Assembly (NCBI GenBank): GCA_000934665.2
Contig: KZ538486.1
Span: forward strand, 1-64,000
Source of the DNA: Catajapyx aquilonaris
Lineage: Eukaryota
Reading direction: 5' to 3'
Length of the DNA: 64,000 bases
The notes beneath the pieces are model-generated. The model ran no database searches. It was not told the origin of the DNA and was given only the letters and a program-made list of their open reading frames with translations. Positions 34,401 through 46,700 of the stretch are shown one piece after another (position 1 is the first letter of the stretch; every line of letters begins with the position of its first letter). A program made the position numbers and the translations under genes.

Positions 34401-36604
34401 CATGATCAAGAGTGACTGGACAGATCACAGGAGAAGTTACTACTACTAAGTTTCCCGTCGTGAACCATCATAATCTCGAGGGCTACTCTGCTTCATCTAT
34501 ACCTTCAGAAATGCATGCACGTAATATCTCCTAATAAAGTCGTAACATGTGGCATGTTTCTTCTTTGCGTGAGCTTGGTTACCTTACGTTCCACGGCGTC
34601 ATTAGACCTACATTCTCCTTGAAATTGAGAGGTGGGAAAGTGCTTTATTATGACCGTTTCATCGCTCTCTCAATTGCCGCTGTATAAAACGAAAGGGCAC
34701 GTGCATATTATACACCATACGTACATTGCACTCCCAATACTGCATTACAGAGCGGCTTATTTACACAGCTGGTGTATACCGCAGAAAGGCCATTTTATCA
34801 GGAAATTCCATAGGGGCAAGGGCAAGTTGATTAATACAGCCATAGGAATATACCCCCCACATTTTCTTGTTACACTATACAGGCCATTTATCTGCCTTTA
34901 TGTTTACCAGATGCTGACAAATAAGAGCCTCTTTGAGATGAAAATACTTGCACCACTCGCAGATACAACCACAAATTTCACTTTCCTTCCATTGAAAAAC
35001 TTGTACCTAGCAGCACTTGCCAGAAAATAAAAGCAACTCCCTCTCTTCCCTGCCCCTCCCTTCCCTTTACATCATTGCGGAAACGACCAGAGGCAGAATC
35101 CGAAGAAACGATAACTCGGAGGCATTACAACTTTTATATCGCACGTGTTCTTGCAGTCATTGCGGAGAAATGCATTTCGCATCCTCGCCAGAACACGGAT
35201 GTAAAGTGTAAGTAAATGCAGTAAAATCCACAAAATGTGACAATTACGAGCCGACAAGAGAAAACCCAAGTCATTTGCACACGGCCTTAACCACAGTACA
35301 TGGTCAACCTACGCTAAATCTGTTTGCGATAGCTTCAAGTACCTTTTAATTTATCTTTTACCGATGCGATAAAACAGGTCAATGACCACAACGCTAATGA
35401 CTCCAATGCTAGAGCACTTCCCACTGGAAATGCATTTGGAATTTTTTTTCCATACTAACGCTACATCATTCTGTCGTCAACTGACATGAACGAGAAAGAA
35501 TGGCATGTATTCAATCCGTAAATAAAGGACTGCGGAACCGTCCGTTTAATCAAAGCGCCACATTTAAAAAAATATTCGCCGCAGCTATTTTACAATTTCT
35601 CTCTCATCCCTCATTCGCACATTCTGCGAACTTGATCATCGGTCGAATTCCGCAGATTCTACTCCGAAATTCCAATACCGATTAATCCTGGCCAGGCATC
35701 CCGGTTTGCACATTAATAGACTTTTCAGGCACACCCCGTACTGTAGGTGACTAACCTGGAAACCTTGGCCACGAAAACTAGTCGGGCCACATTTTCCTTC
35801 CTTGTATCCCACAAAAAATAAACGGCGGCAAAAAGGCCTTGAACTTACCAAGGATGGCACGAAGGTGTCCTTCCAGTGTCTGCAGGACGGTGATCTTGAT
35901 TTCGTTGACAGTCTTGCCCAAGAACTGCTCAGAGGCCGTCTGCAGGAGCTCGTCTGCTTTCATGATCTTGCATTGGGACACTCCCGTCACCGTCAACGGG
36001 ACACCCTGTGCTGTTTCCACGTTCTCGCAAACTGGGTTGAGAGTCATCACCTGAAGGCAAACACGTGGATCAACATCAGGTCGCAACTTGCAGCCCCTCT
36101 ACTTACTACGTACATAGGATGGTTAAATACACAATATTCATGAAGTTCAATTATGTATGAGGCATTTAAAATTTATTATATTCAAGGGGTTACCTGGGAA
36201 AATGCAAACTTTGATGCTCAGCTATCCATTACTAACTTTCGCAGTAACTGCCCATTATGCAACTATACGACCAGGGCGAGGCTCCCACGTGAATTGTAAC
36301 TGAGTTACTGGGCGAAACAGAAAGTGGCCATCATATTACCCAGTACTTCAGTAACCTCTTTACACTCATGAAATTTTTTGTACAAACCTCCATGTGGGGC
36401 CAATTTTCGGAAGAAAATGAGTGCAAAATGTCTTACGCAAAATACACATCGAATGATCCGCCTACTCCTACAGGACGTCAAAGTCACCACCAACTGTTAC
36501 ATCGCTTACCTCCAAAGACAGCCTCTGCACATCTGTGACAAGCCACCATGCCCAGGCCCATCCTCCGACAATCGTGGACTTGTTTGTCGATCCGCAGCAT
36601 CCTC
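14388..36604 (-). CDS. Flo2: Flotillin-2 (reggie-1), 5'-partial; host gene of the nested GMC cluster
   Basis: Exons in transcript order: 36604-36510 ([32 protein letters not shown]), 36050-35849 ([18 protein letters not shown]...GHLRAILG), 18309-18077 ([43 protein letters not shown]), 17225-17106, 17043-16829, 16430-16100 (...ALTGVDLSK), and probable last exon 14426-14388 ([12 protein letters not shown]). Phases are consistent and the protein closely resembles Drosophila Flo2 as recalled. The last exon is less certain than the rest. Confidence 0.96.
14585..15052. mobile_element. MITE, PIF/Harbinger (Tourist)-like, 468 bp
   Basis: Terminal inverted repeats AGGCCATTTCACAAAAA / TTTTTGTGAAATGGCCT, flanked on both sides by TTA (14582-14584 and 15053-15055). 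Internal inverted sub-repeats (atttgtcgc/gcgacaaat). No recognisable transposase. Confidence 0.8.
15137..15215 (-). CDS. Candidate alternative 79-nt Flo2 cassette exon
   Basis: Pyrimidine-rich acceptor ttctccattcctcag and consensus donor gtgagt; open in phase 0 ([26 protein letters not shown]). No homology support. Confidence 0.4.
15641..15771. mobile_element. Small MITE-like element (~130 bp)
   Basis: 14-bp perfect terminal inverted repeat AAGGTGTGTTCACA / TGTGAACACACCTT; ends resemble the Harbinger-like element at 14585; target-site duplication imperfect (TTA/TCA). Confidence 0.55.
19364..21770 (+). CDS. GMC oxidoreductase 1 (glucose dehydrogenase [FAD, quinone]-like), nested in a Flo2 intron
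   Basis: Exons 19364-20188 and 20751-21770 (614 aa; start ATG inferred). FAD motif [33 protein letters not shown], catalytic His/Asn in [10 protein letters not shown] and GNTNSP. Hydrophobic N-terminus. AATAAA at 21997. Confidence 0.95.
22347..22430. repeat. (AT)n microsatellite, ~42 units
   Basis: Uninterrupted atatat run containing one N. Confidence 0.97.
25464..27701 (+). CDS. GMC oxidoreductase 2, nested in a Flo2 intron
   Basis: Exons 25464-26545 and 26945-27701 joined by a phase-2 intron ([12 protein letters not shown]), 612 aa; start ATG inferred. Motifs [42 protein letters not shown]. Confidence 0.95.
30982..31028. repeat. Short tandem repeat, 18-bp unit x ~2.6
   Basis: taatatggccatagaagg twice plus a partial third copy. 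Confidence 0.85.
32614..34449 (+). CDS. GMC oxidoreductase 3 (single coding exon, 611 aa), nested in a Flo2 intron
   Basis: Uninterrupted ORF with a signal-peptide-like N-terminus ([18 protein letters not shown]). Motifs [43 protein letters not shown] splice acceptor ends at 32600, implying a non-coding upstream exon. AATAAA at 34533. Confidence 0.96.
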   Translation: MWKWKPLFLFCLVTSLMMWRTSSVETEELIPDTQYIDVEYDFIIVGAGSGGSVVANRLSENPEWKILLLEAGREPSRVSDVPSYVTRLFEEDDLIWSYSPEKSDQFCLGLDGGSCYLARGRGLGGSSSINYMVYTRGARMDYDHWAAMGNQGWSYEDVLPYFIKSEDNRNPAHVNNSYHGTGGYLSVEEVGYRTKLGNAFLEAGQELGYQLVDNNGPQLTGFTPSQLTTRNGVRDSTLRAFLTTARCRPNLHVAKGAFVRKILIDSGAKRAYGVEFQRNDRIQRSIARKEVILSAGTLHSPQILMLSGIGPQEQLQKHGIPVVEHLPGVGDNLQDHLSVGGIIFLVDQPLSVRDHTVNTGENFVQWLRHGKGPLTVPGGHEVMGWINTKYANPNEDWPDIQLFFTPNSIVTEDTGEPGFGLSRENWDATYRDIVGHETWMILPSLMRPKSRGHVCLKSGNPDDPPRIIPNYLSDEDNLDLKTIIEGVKAALQVAGTHSMQRFNSTLWGRPLPACSHLQFLTDEYWECQIRHFTFTFFHGTGTCKMGPNNDPYAVVDNKLRVYGISGLRVVDASVMPTVPTGNTNAPTIMVAEKASDMIKSDWTDHRRSYYY

Positions 36605-39600
36605 CTGCAATGCATAAGCGTTGTTGGTATCGTTATTCCGTCATGAACTGCCCTTCAAGTACAAGTTGCATGGTAGCTCAAGTGGCAACGAGGAACCACA
36701 TTCTTGGCCTCCGTGACCCAGAAAGAGCGCCGGCAGTGGATCAGCATATGGCGCTGTTGCCATCCTGAACTATAGGAGGCTTCTTGATATTTGTCACTTG
36801 CAATGTTCATAAAACAACACAGCCTGGCATATGTTGCATGCTCAGTTATATTATTCATAAAAGGCACGGAACGGTTAGCACTAATAGTAAAAGTACATTA
36901 CACACTCTGGGGATTGCACGACATTACGATTCATTTAAATATTGTGGGTAGGGCTGAATGTCATCGCATTGTCAGCGAGCAGAGGTATTGTTAGTTTAAC
37001 CTGCCTGGGGCATCCCCATACTTTATGAAGTGATATGTGTTGTCACTCAGCGAGTACGACAAATCCTGCTATTCAAAACAGGTGCAGCATAACGATGAAG
37101 GGTAGTCGACCATGTCAGATTTAATTAGAGTGCACAAATATCAACAATACTGCAATATCCTGCTGCCAAAAATAACTCCAACAGGTAACATCCTGCACAC
37201 TGCACCACAACCACCATTTTTATCTCCCTTTGTTTATCCAACGGATGATCACACTGTAATAACCACCGTTAAGATGAAAAGCAAACCATCATCCATTACA
37301 ACCCCCCATGAAAAGAGCCCTCTCCCGCCACCTTTAGGTGTCTACCTCGTGAAAGTGGCAACACCGGTCCTTCTATTAGCCATAGGGCCGCAAGTGGTAC
37401 AAGTCGACAGAGCCAAGGGAGGAAGACCAGATATGAGATCTTCCTCTTCTTCAGGGGACCATCTCCTTCAGTGAGAGGATGGAGGGCGACTGGCAGACAT
37501 CCGGATCAGGACATCCTCCTATCGGTCATGACCAGACAGTCTTCCTCTCTCTTTTTGCCCATCACATCTTGGGAATCCCCAGCCTGCCAGTACTCTGACC
37601 CTACTAGGCGTGACAGCTAATCATCGAGGTCTTCCCCCCTACCATCAGGCACATATAATGGAGCTCGGGTAAGTTGATCCTCATCTCCGGAGTCAATATT
37701 GCTTTCATCGACCCCGGGCTAAACCGGCTACACTATGAATCTGGCACGGTTAGGTGCGGACTATAGGGTAAAAAAATTAGTACCCGGAGAGACTAGAATT
37801 TAATTATTATCAGATACTCACACTAATTCCGTTACGGATTATTACATTAGAGATCAAATTGTGAGTGACTTACGTTCTGATTTCGCCGTTACTAGCTGTC
37901 TTGGGTCAAGCAATTAGTGTCCTAAAATACTGTACAGGCATTTTCAACAAGTCGATGCATTTTCCATCAGAGCATAATAAGTTTGAACATCCGGCTTGAT
38001 GAATAGGAAAATAATAATTAAACATACGGACCAGTACACTGGCACAATGCTGCGGTACAATGCCTGAATTGGAGCGTGTATCAGGCTGATAGATTATTCA
38101 CGTTTCTTTTTAATTGTTGCGTGTTCATCCTGCCCTCCAATCAGGAGTGCCTAAGGCTGTTGCAGGACACAAACTCACCCTAATCTACCTGTCGTGAGGA
38201 ATCCGTCAAGGGTGCTAATTAAAACCATGTCGGCGTCTCTTTGTGGGCACTCTATATTATTAGCCTCGTCCCATTTCCGAGATATAACCTGCTATTAACA
38301 TCGCCATTGTCACACTACCTGTTCTATTAGCCTATCCCGTTATATTCCAAGTCCAATATTTTAACATTTCGGGGTCCTCCCTTTGTGAAAATCCCGGTCA
38401 ATGCACGTAATGGCTGAATATTGATGATAAAAAATGCAGTGTGGCATAACTACTGTATATATTTACTATACCATAAGGAAGTTCACTAGGATGGCACCTA
38501 AAATTTGAAACGTCATTACGCGACCAAGTTCAGTAACTTGTATGAGAAACTTCCGGGTCAATTACACAAATCCATAAACTTCCTCACTTCCTAGGAAGGG
38601 TAACACTTCGCGGATGTCGTAATAATAGACGCGATTTACTTTCCCTTCCACGGTTGAATCGATAACAATACTTCTAACCTCATGTTCAATTCAGTGAAAC
38701 AGGCAGGCTAGACACTGACAGTGTTCTAAAAATGGGGTCATATATTCCAAAATAAAATTGATCATGCGAAGTTATTTGTCCCACACACTAGTAAATTATT
38801 ACTGTTTTTCATGATGCCAAACCATGACATCAAACAAATCGTTTCTATAACCAGCTAATTCCAGCTCAACCGGTCAGCTCCAATGCCAAGTGCAAGAGCA
38901 TGCACGGTCTAGGTCACGCAGGGGTTTCATGAAGCGTATACCCTTTTGCATCGCAAGGTGAAAGTAATATGATACCCAAGGTAACATCATAAAGGGGGAC
39001 ATGCAATCCATCAGTTCAAGTCCATTCATATTGGCAAAGAAAGTGACCAAGAGTATTTGCCTTTAAAATATTCCTGTCATCTGCAGTCAACCCTTGTTCA
39101 CTTTCCACGAGACAAAGCGTAAAATAGCATAGTTCTCAGAAGTCAACACATGCCAAACACCACGGGGGTCTCCACGATCGGTATGCAAGAAGCGAAGCAA
39201 TCGCATCCATTCCGCAATTCTGCATCTGAATGCCAAATTCGGGCTCTTCTTTAGAAGGGAAAGCGAGCTCCGTGGGTTTGGTCACGTCCGCATCTCAAAA
39301 TGGCACACATCTGACTCTCCTTTTAGCACTGGAGATTGGCCACTTCTCAGAAAAAAACGTGTGTATAGTAGGAAGTCCTGAAGCTCTCAAAAATCGCGCC
39401 ATTTTCCCCGAATCGTCCGCCAAGTGGGTCACTGGAATAGAACCAAACACCGTTGCCATTCATAAAAACTTCAGTAATTATGTTTTCATACACAAACAGT
39501 CCTTCACATACTGTATATTCAAACCAAAATGAAACTAATTTGTCATCACTCATCAACAGTATTACTCGCAAATAACTCGCCCTAACCAAATAATAGGGCT

Positions 39601-41913
39601 AATAAATGACTTTCTCTATTTTAAATGCGTTAGAAATTTGGCAACAAAGTATAAGACGATCCCAAAACTAAATGAGAAAGTGACGGTGGATATGGCCCAT
39701 GGCAAATATATAACTGTCTTCTCATCGCTCATGGGCAGTTGACAATTGGCCGTCCACATCAAAGTACATTTTCCACTTGGGTCTAATTATGTCCACGGTT
39801 CCGCTACCAGTACCGGTAAGAACTTTTTCTTAAAAAAAACATACACACTCACGTCTTACGTAAAAGTGCGACCAAGTGCCGTAACATTATTACGACTTAT
39901 TTACCACTCTCGGGCGTGACAAGGCTAATACTGAATACAAACAGCTGCGATTCCAACACCTGAGTTTTAATTAGTAGCCCCTAGCTTCCTAGCATGTAAA
40001 TTTGCACAAGCTCTATATTTAAAATCTACTTAACTTCATTAACGTTTGACTGATTGGTGTCGAATTCATACAGTGAAACGTGAGACTTGTCGAACCCTAG
40101 CTGTGATTATGACTGTGTAACACAAGCTTTGTTCAAGTATTTTAATGGTAGCTGGCTACTTCAAAAACGAGCCGGCATATGGCAGGTTACTTTCGCTACA
40201 GCCTACAGGGTAGATCTTGTCTGCATTCCACTGTCAAGGGCCACGTCCGTGTAAATAATGGCTGACATACATAATTCCGGAAAAAAAAATTATGCCACTC
40301 ATGACCCTGTCAAATGTTGCTATGAAGACATCATATTCACGCACATTATTATAGAGTAAATTCAAAATAATGTTGCTAAATACGAGCCTCGCCAGGTGCA
40401 CCCTATTAATCAAAACTGACGTCGAAAGCTAGCTACGAATAACCAACGTGCCAAAAAATCTGGGTTACGCCATTACTCATTACGTTATCCTGTGCTCACA
40501 GGTTCACACCACACTGCATGCCATGCTTTTCCTTTCACAGAAATGGTTGTTTCCCCCCTCCGAACAATTATAGACCTGAAACATTCGGCCGGTAGGGGCC
40601 TGCTTGTCATTTCAGTCACACTTTATGGAAGTGAAAGAAATTCTAAATTCACTCCACAGACTAACCCTTATGACTGGGCCTGAAATGTGCTGTCCCCGCC
40701 AGCCATAAACCCTCGAGAGTGGAAAAGCTCAGTCTTAATTCGGATACCATGCAGAGCATGTAGTCGCTCAAATGGGGAAATTCCGCACCCGGATTTTGCT
40801 TAATCTTCTCGACAGTTCAACAGATAAGGATGGAATTATCCGAAAGGGCCTGACGAGCAGGAGAAAGTGCCACTCATTCAGGTAAGGGGTCAAGACATTT
40901 TCCTTTGGAAGATGTAAGGCGCGTCGTTCAGGAGACTTCAACTCCCGGCTGACTAAGTATCCATTCAATATTCTATTACGAGCTATATGTGGACATGCCG
41001 TTTACAGAAAGTGATTTCCAACAAGTATACGGTGGGACCTGTGACACGTGCACCGGAAAACGACTTTTGCCCTGAAGTCGCTAAATCTGATGAGAATCTA
41101 ACTTGACGCTTTCTACACAAGGTCGGATTAGACGTGATGAATGATAGGCTAACTACTTCAAGAACAGGGTCAGATCTACGGAAGAACTGGGCCGGTATTG
41201 CCCCCAGAAAAAAAAATGTCGAATGTCAGGGCTTTCTTCACAAAACTGTTAAAATAGTTATGTATTGTTTTGCTAGTTTGCTTTTTAAAGCAGCACACCG
41301 CTATTTCTCATTCAGAATGCATGCTGGCGTCGAGCCCAAAGTAGATTTCGCCGGTCTAGTTCCAGGTTGTTGTATACAGGAACTTCCTTTCGGTTTAATT
41401 GTGTTTAAGAACCACTTTCATATTGTGCTCTATGCGGGTAGCGGTGAAACACAGACATTCAACAATGGGAAACATTGTACGGATGAAATTCTATAAACCT
41501 GTCATATTATCCAAATCAGCCGTTTCCAGTTGGATGCAGCCACAAATTCCTGCCCGGGATGATATGACTCAAGGGATCACAATGAATGGAATTTGGAACT
41601 GCGAACTAATTTGTAGTCCTCCACTGCTGCAGTGGAATGCCTACCATAGGGTATTAAAATGCCTGCAATCTATGGGGATGAAATAGATAAATTGGTACTA
41701 TATTTCAGTTTCAAGTGTAGTGTAAGATAATTTCATATATTAATGCAACTTCCATATTTCCAGTTTCGCCACGACAATGTCGTCTCGCAAGGAAGAGGAC
41801 ACGAGTGATACAGCACTTGAGCGAAGCCATTTCCGATTGCACCTGTGCTAGCAGTACTTCCCAGTGAAATGAGAAAAAGACGTAAGGAAAGCTAAGGACG
41901 AAAATCGCCAACC

Positions 41914-43776
41914 ATGTACCTCCTATTTCCCACTTCTAACCCTGTGATGGGTGCCATCTCAATGCTGGCATCCAGCGTCTGGATAGTGCCAATCCTTCTG
42001 GCGGCCGTCGGATACCTCCGTTACGACCGCTGGGACCCAGAGGGCCATCCGGTCAGCCAACGAGTCCTGGACCCGGAATACGACTTCATCGTCGTCGGCG
42101 GCGGATCAGCCGGTGCCGTCATTGCCAATCGCCTTTCAGAAGTCCCACACTGGAAGGTGTTACTTCTAGAAGCAGGTGGTTTGGAAAATGACTTCTCTGA
42201 TGTGCCAGCCCTGGCCGCCTACCTCCAGCTCAGCAAAATGGATTGGTCCTACAAAACCGAGCCTCAACCCTCTGCCTGCCTCGGCCTCAAGGGCGGCCGC
42301 TGCAACTGGCCCAGGGGCAAAGTACTAGGAGGTTCCAGTGTTCTCAACTACATGCTATACGTGAGGGGCAACAGGAAGGACTACGACCAATGGGCTGCCA
42401 TGGGAAACACCGGATGGGGTTATGACGACGTACTACCATACTTTATGAAGGCCGAAGACAACCGGAACCCTTACTTATCCAGATCATCATATCACGGCAG
42501 TGGTGGCTATCAAACGGTGCAAGAAGCCCCCTGGAGAACACCACTGGCAACGGCCTTCCTCAAAGCCGGAGTGGAAATGGGATACGAGAACAGGGATGGA
42601 AATGGAGAGCATCAGACCGGGTTTATGATGGCTCAGGGAACGACCCGAAAAGGAAAGCGGTGTAGTACGGCTAAAGCGTATCTTAGGCCCATCAAGTGGA
42701 GACGAAACCTGCACATAGCGCTAGAATCTCACGTTCACCGCGTGCTTATCGACCCTGAGACTAAGCGCGCGTATGGGGTCAGGTTCAAACGTGACAATCG
42801 TATTCAACTAGTGAAAGCCAGAAAAGAGGTGATTGTAAGTGCAGGGTCGGTCAATTCACCCCAGCTGCTGATGCTGTCCGGAATAGGTCCTAGATACCAC
42901 CTGGAGGAGATGGGCATACCCCCGATTCATGACCTGCCAGTGGGCAACAACCTGCAGGATCACATTGGCATGGGCGGCTTGGTCTTCGTCATCGACCAGC
43001 CAGTGTCGATGGTGATGCCGCGCTATGAAAATCTGGCCTCGGTGTTTCAGTGGGCCATGTATGGTCAAGGACCCTTAACTATTTTTGGCGGTGTGGAAGG
43101 ACTTGCCTGGATCAGTACCAAATACGCCAACGCCTCTGAAGACTGGCCTGACGTGGAGTTTCACTTCATCGCAGGTTCAACCGCCTCGGATGGAGGCACC
43201 CAGATCAGACGAGCCCACAATGTGGGTGACGAACTATACAATGCCGTCCTGAAACCCCTGAACCTGAAGGACACCTGGAGCGTCTTGCCAATGATTCTAC
43301 GACCAAAGAGCAAAGGCTACATCCGACTTCGTAGCAACAACCCTGAAGAATACCCGCTCATTTACCCCAACTATTTGACCCATCCGGACGACGCCCCTGT
43401 GCTGGTAGAAGCCATCAAGGTGGCAGTGGCCATGAGCCAGACGGAAGCTTTCCAAAAATTCCATTCTCGCGTCAACGGTCACTTATTTCCCGGATGCCTT
43501 CACGTACCACCGTTTAGTGATGCCTACTGGGAATGCACCGCGAGGCAATACACCTCGACCATATACCACCCTACGGGGACATGCAAGATGGGTCCTCCCC
43601 ATGACCCGGAAGCGGTGGTGGACCCCAGACTCAGTGTGTACGGCGTCAGTGGTTTAAGGGTGGTCGATGCTTCGATCATGCCTGTGATTGTCAGCGGAAA
43701 TACAAACGCTCCAACCATCATGATTGGCGAAAAAGCATCCGACATGATCAAAGAAGACTGGTTTACAATGCCATGA
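41914..43776 (+). CDS. GMC oxidoreductase 4 (single coding exon, 620 aa), nested in the upstream Flo2 intron
   Basis: Uninterrupted ORF. The N-terminal hydrophobic segment plus YDRWDPEGH resembles conserved insect cluster GMCs. Motifs [41 protein letters not shown]. Confidence 0.97.
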   Translation: MYLLFPTSNPVMGAISMLASSVWIVPILLAAVGYLRYDRWDPEGHPVSQRVLDPEYDFIVVGGGSAGAVIANRLSEVPHWKVLLLEAGGLENDFSDVPALAAYLQLSKMDWSYKTEPQPSACLGLKGGRCNWPRGKVLGGSSVLNYMLYVRGNRKDYDQWAAMGNTGWGYDDVLPYFMKAEDNRNPYLSRSSYHGSGGYQTVQEAPWRTPLATAFLKAGVEMGYENRDGNGEHQTGFMMAQGTTRKGKRCSTAKAYLRPIKWRRNLHIALESHVHRVLIDPETKRAYGVRFKRDNRIQLVKARKEVIVSAGSVNSPQLLMLSGIGPRYHLEEMGIPPIHDLPVGNNLQDHIGMGGLVFVIDQPVSMVMPRYENLASVFQWAMYGQGPLTIFGGVEGLAWISTKYANASEDWPDVEFHFIAGSTASDGGTQIRRAHNVGDELYNAVLKPLNLKDTWSVLPMILRPKSKGYIRLRSNNPEEYPLIYPNYLTHPDDAPVLVEAIKVAVAMSQTEAFQKFHSRVNGHLFPGCLHVPPFSDAYWECTARQYTSTIYHPTGTCKMGPPHDPEAVVDPRLSVYGVSGLRVVDASIMPVIVSGNTNAPTIMIGEKASDMIKEDWFTMP

Positions 43777-46700
43777 AGCACGAACTCGTTATTACGACGT
43801 GCGTGTGGATGTTTATCGAGTGAAACATTCTGTGAATCTACTACCTGCCAACTACATGCCATATGAGTGTTCAAGTCATGTCCTATTACAGATTGTCTTC
43901 ATATCACAGTTTTCATTGCAAATTATTACAAAACGACGAAAAAGCAGTTTCTTAATCCATATTTCGATACGGACATGTATAAAACGTGCAGTAGTCAATT
44001 TTGTGTGTTCCGACAAGTCATTACTTCAAGCGTGCCTCCCCCATACATGTAGCATGGTATACATGGTGTTATACATAACAGTTGTAATATTAAACTTGTC
44101 AAGAAATACCCGCATTACATTGGTTACATAATGTGTCAATTCGCTATTGATTATAATGATTACAGCGTCATGATTAATTTACCAAATGTTGTACACTAAT
44201 GTACAACAGTAGTCCTGCATACAAAAACATGCGACATATACAGTAGAAATTGATTATAATTTGTTACTCTATCAGAGTGTCTTCCAGTTGGTTTGTTTTC
44301 GGCAGGGCTATATAGATATCTTTCCACTAAGATTATTCTTGTTAATGAGTTGCTTTCAAACAGTTGTTTTAATGAGTTTTAACAAATATTAGCTTCTAAA
44401 CAAAGATTTGAACCGGTCCTTTTCAAACTTTAAATCACATCAGGTGGGTCAATCCGGCTTGATTTCGGAGCTAGTGGGTTCCATGTGGGTAGACTATATT
44501 TTCCCGAGTAATTCACTGAGTCTGGATGGATGTTTCCAGTCAATCTAATATTACCAACTAATGTTTTGCAAATTCTCGAAGGTATAACGGTTCTAAAGTA
44601 CGAATTCAGAATAACATACAGCTATGGTATGCGAAAGGAATATTTCACTTGAAATACTCCGCTTATAGGCCTATATACTGATGCATGTATCAATACATTT
44701 ACGCCCTACACACGCTGAGAAAGCAGTCCAGCAGAAAATAATATGCAGCCCTAGTCATAAATGCTTCTAGACATTGGCCATGAACCCCTCATAATGAGTC
44801 CTGTTTGCATTAATATAAGTAGACTGTAGTTATATCATTTTGACAGTTTACTTAAAATGCAACAAAAAAACTTCCCGTCAATAGCTTACCTTTCTGCTTA
44901 CTACTTGTGTACAATATTATGCATTCAGCCAGAAAATAGCATTTAATGTTACCATTCTTCGTTAGTTCCGTTTATGGCATTGTTTTAAGTCGTTGCGCTA
45001 TTCTCTGATTGAAGCAGTAACAACAACTTTCGGACTTCCCGTAGTCAAAGCAAGCTAATCGTACCATGTTTCTGACAACAACATTACATTCCCGATTACC
45101 AATTTTCAGTGAAACCTGCCTGTTGCGTACCCTGAAAATCACAGAAACTTCATCTATTACGAAAAATCCTCGCAGAATAGACCGATTACGTTATTTACTG
45201 GTTACATTATTAATTATTTCAGTCTTCCTTTATACCCACACCAACATAAAGACCTGTGTGCCAATAATGCCAGTCAGCAGACACCAACCTGTATTAATTC
45301 ACACATGTTAATTTCATCCCGATAAACCCTTAAGAAGTTTACCTCGCTGTTACTTTAGTATGTATATAATGAACATAACCTAATAAAGTTTACTGTTTAC
45401 CAATGTTAGTGTAGTAGTCCAAAATAAGTTCAATAGCGCACAAATTAACAGAAAATACACCAAATAAAATTAAAACGTCCAAAACAAAACTCAATTTTTA
45501 AAGGTAAGTCTATGAAGAACGCAATCCAAGTAATGAGGGCCATACATTAAAATCACGACGGCTCAAACCCATGCATTTCTTCTTACGAAGTGGTTCTCGT
45601 ACAGCAGGCGACACCCGTCGCCTTCTTTAGTAATTAATCACAAGTGAAAGGTAAGCGACATCTATGAGAAGTACATGGACTATAGAACGAAAAAGTGACT
45701 TTTGGTTCCGCCAGTAGATTCGCAGAGAGCGCCTTGTTACACCCATTTCAAATCAATCATTGATCACCGAAGACGATCAGGGAATTATTTTATAATATAC
45801 AAAAACTGCAGCTCAAGTTGAGAAGGTGGCAAACGGCACAATGGTAAGTATTACATCAACAGCATTTTGCAGGACTTGACTTTCCCTCAGTTTTACATCC
45901 CCCCGCCCTTATTTTATATGCACACTTCCTTAAAGGCGTTATGTTCATATGAGACATCTCACATTGAATAAAAATGAACAAATGATGTAATATTGAACTA
46001 CCACTGAATATCAACACGAAGCTCATGCAGGCACAACAATAGCGTGCAAATGCAACAGCTTCAGTTTCCGTAATCCATTGATGTACTCGCATCCTTTTAT
46101 TAATAATGCGCATGGAAACCAGGGAGAAAAAAAATTCGGACAGTGACATAAGAAGACAAGCTACATTCATCCTTCCGACTATACCCAACGCACGACAGGA
46201 GAGGTTCACATGTTGCCTGAAACCCAGGATAACATCAAGTGTGACCTTCAAACCGGTCAGAATACAGTGAAAGTGGGCCAGGAAATGAGATGTTTTGTGA
46301 GTGCGAGAATTTCGCACCCCGCTTCTGTTGCAATGCCATTTAGCAAAGGCTCATAGTGTGGTAATGACGCCTCGTCCAGCGCTATCTGCACGTGCTAATC
46401 ATACCGTGTTACACCGCAACATATAATCATCGCCCCATTGTTTATACCATCTGGCGCCTGCAGCCATGTTAATGTAATTTAATCATGTGCCTCCCACGCC
46501 TCTCGACGTACAGCAATATTAATATATTCCTGTGGTTAAATTATTTGATTCAAATTATGAGGGGCTCGCAAGTATCGCACGTACTGCAGTCCGACCCTGC
46601 AAATAAATTGCGTAACATGTTTCACACTGAAATTGCATTTGATGGACCGTAGCTCACTGCGCACAAAACCCGCAGCGTAACGCAAGGGAAGTGTGGCTTG

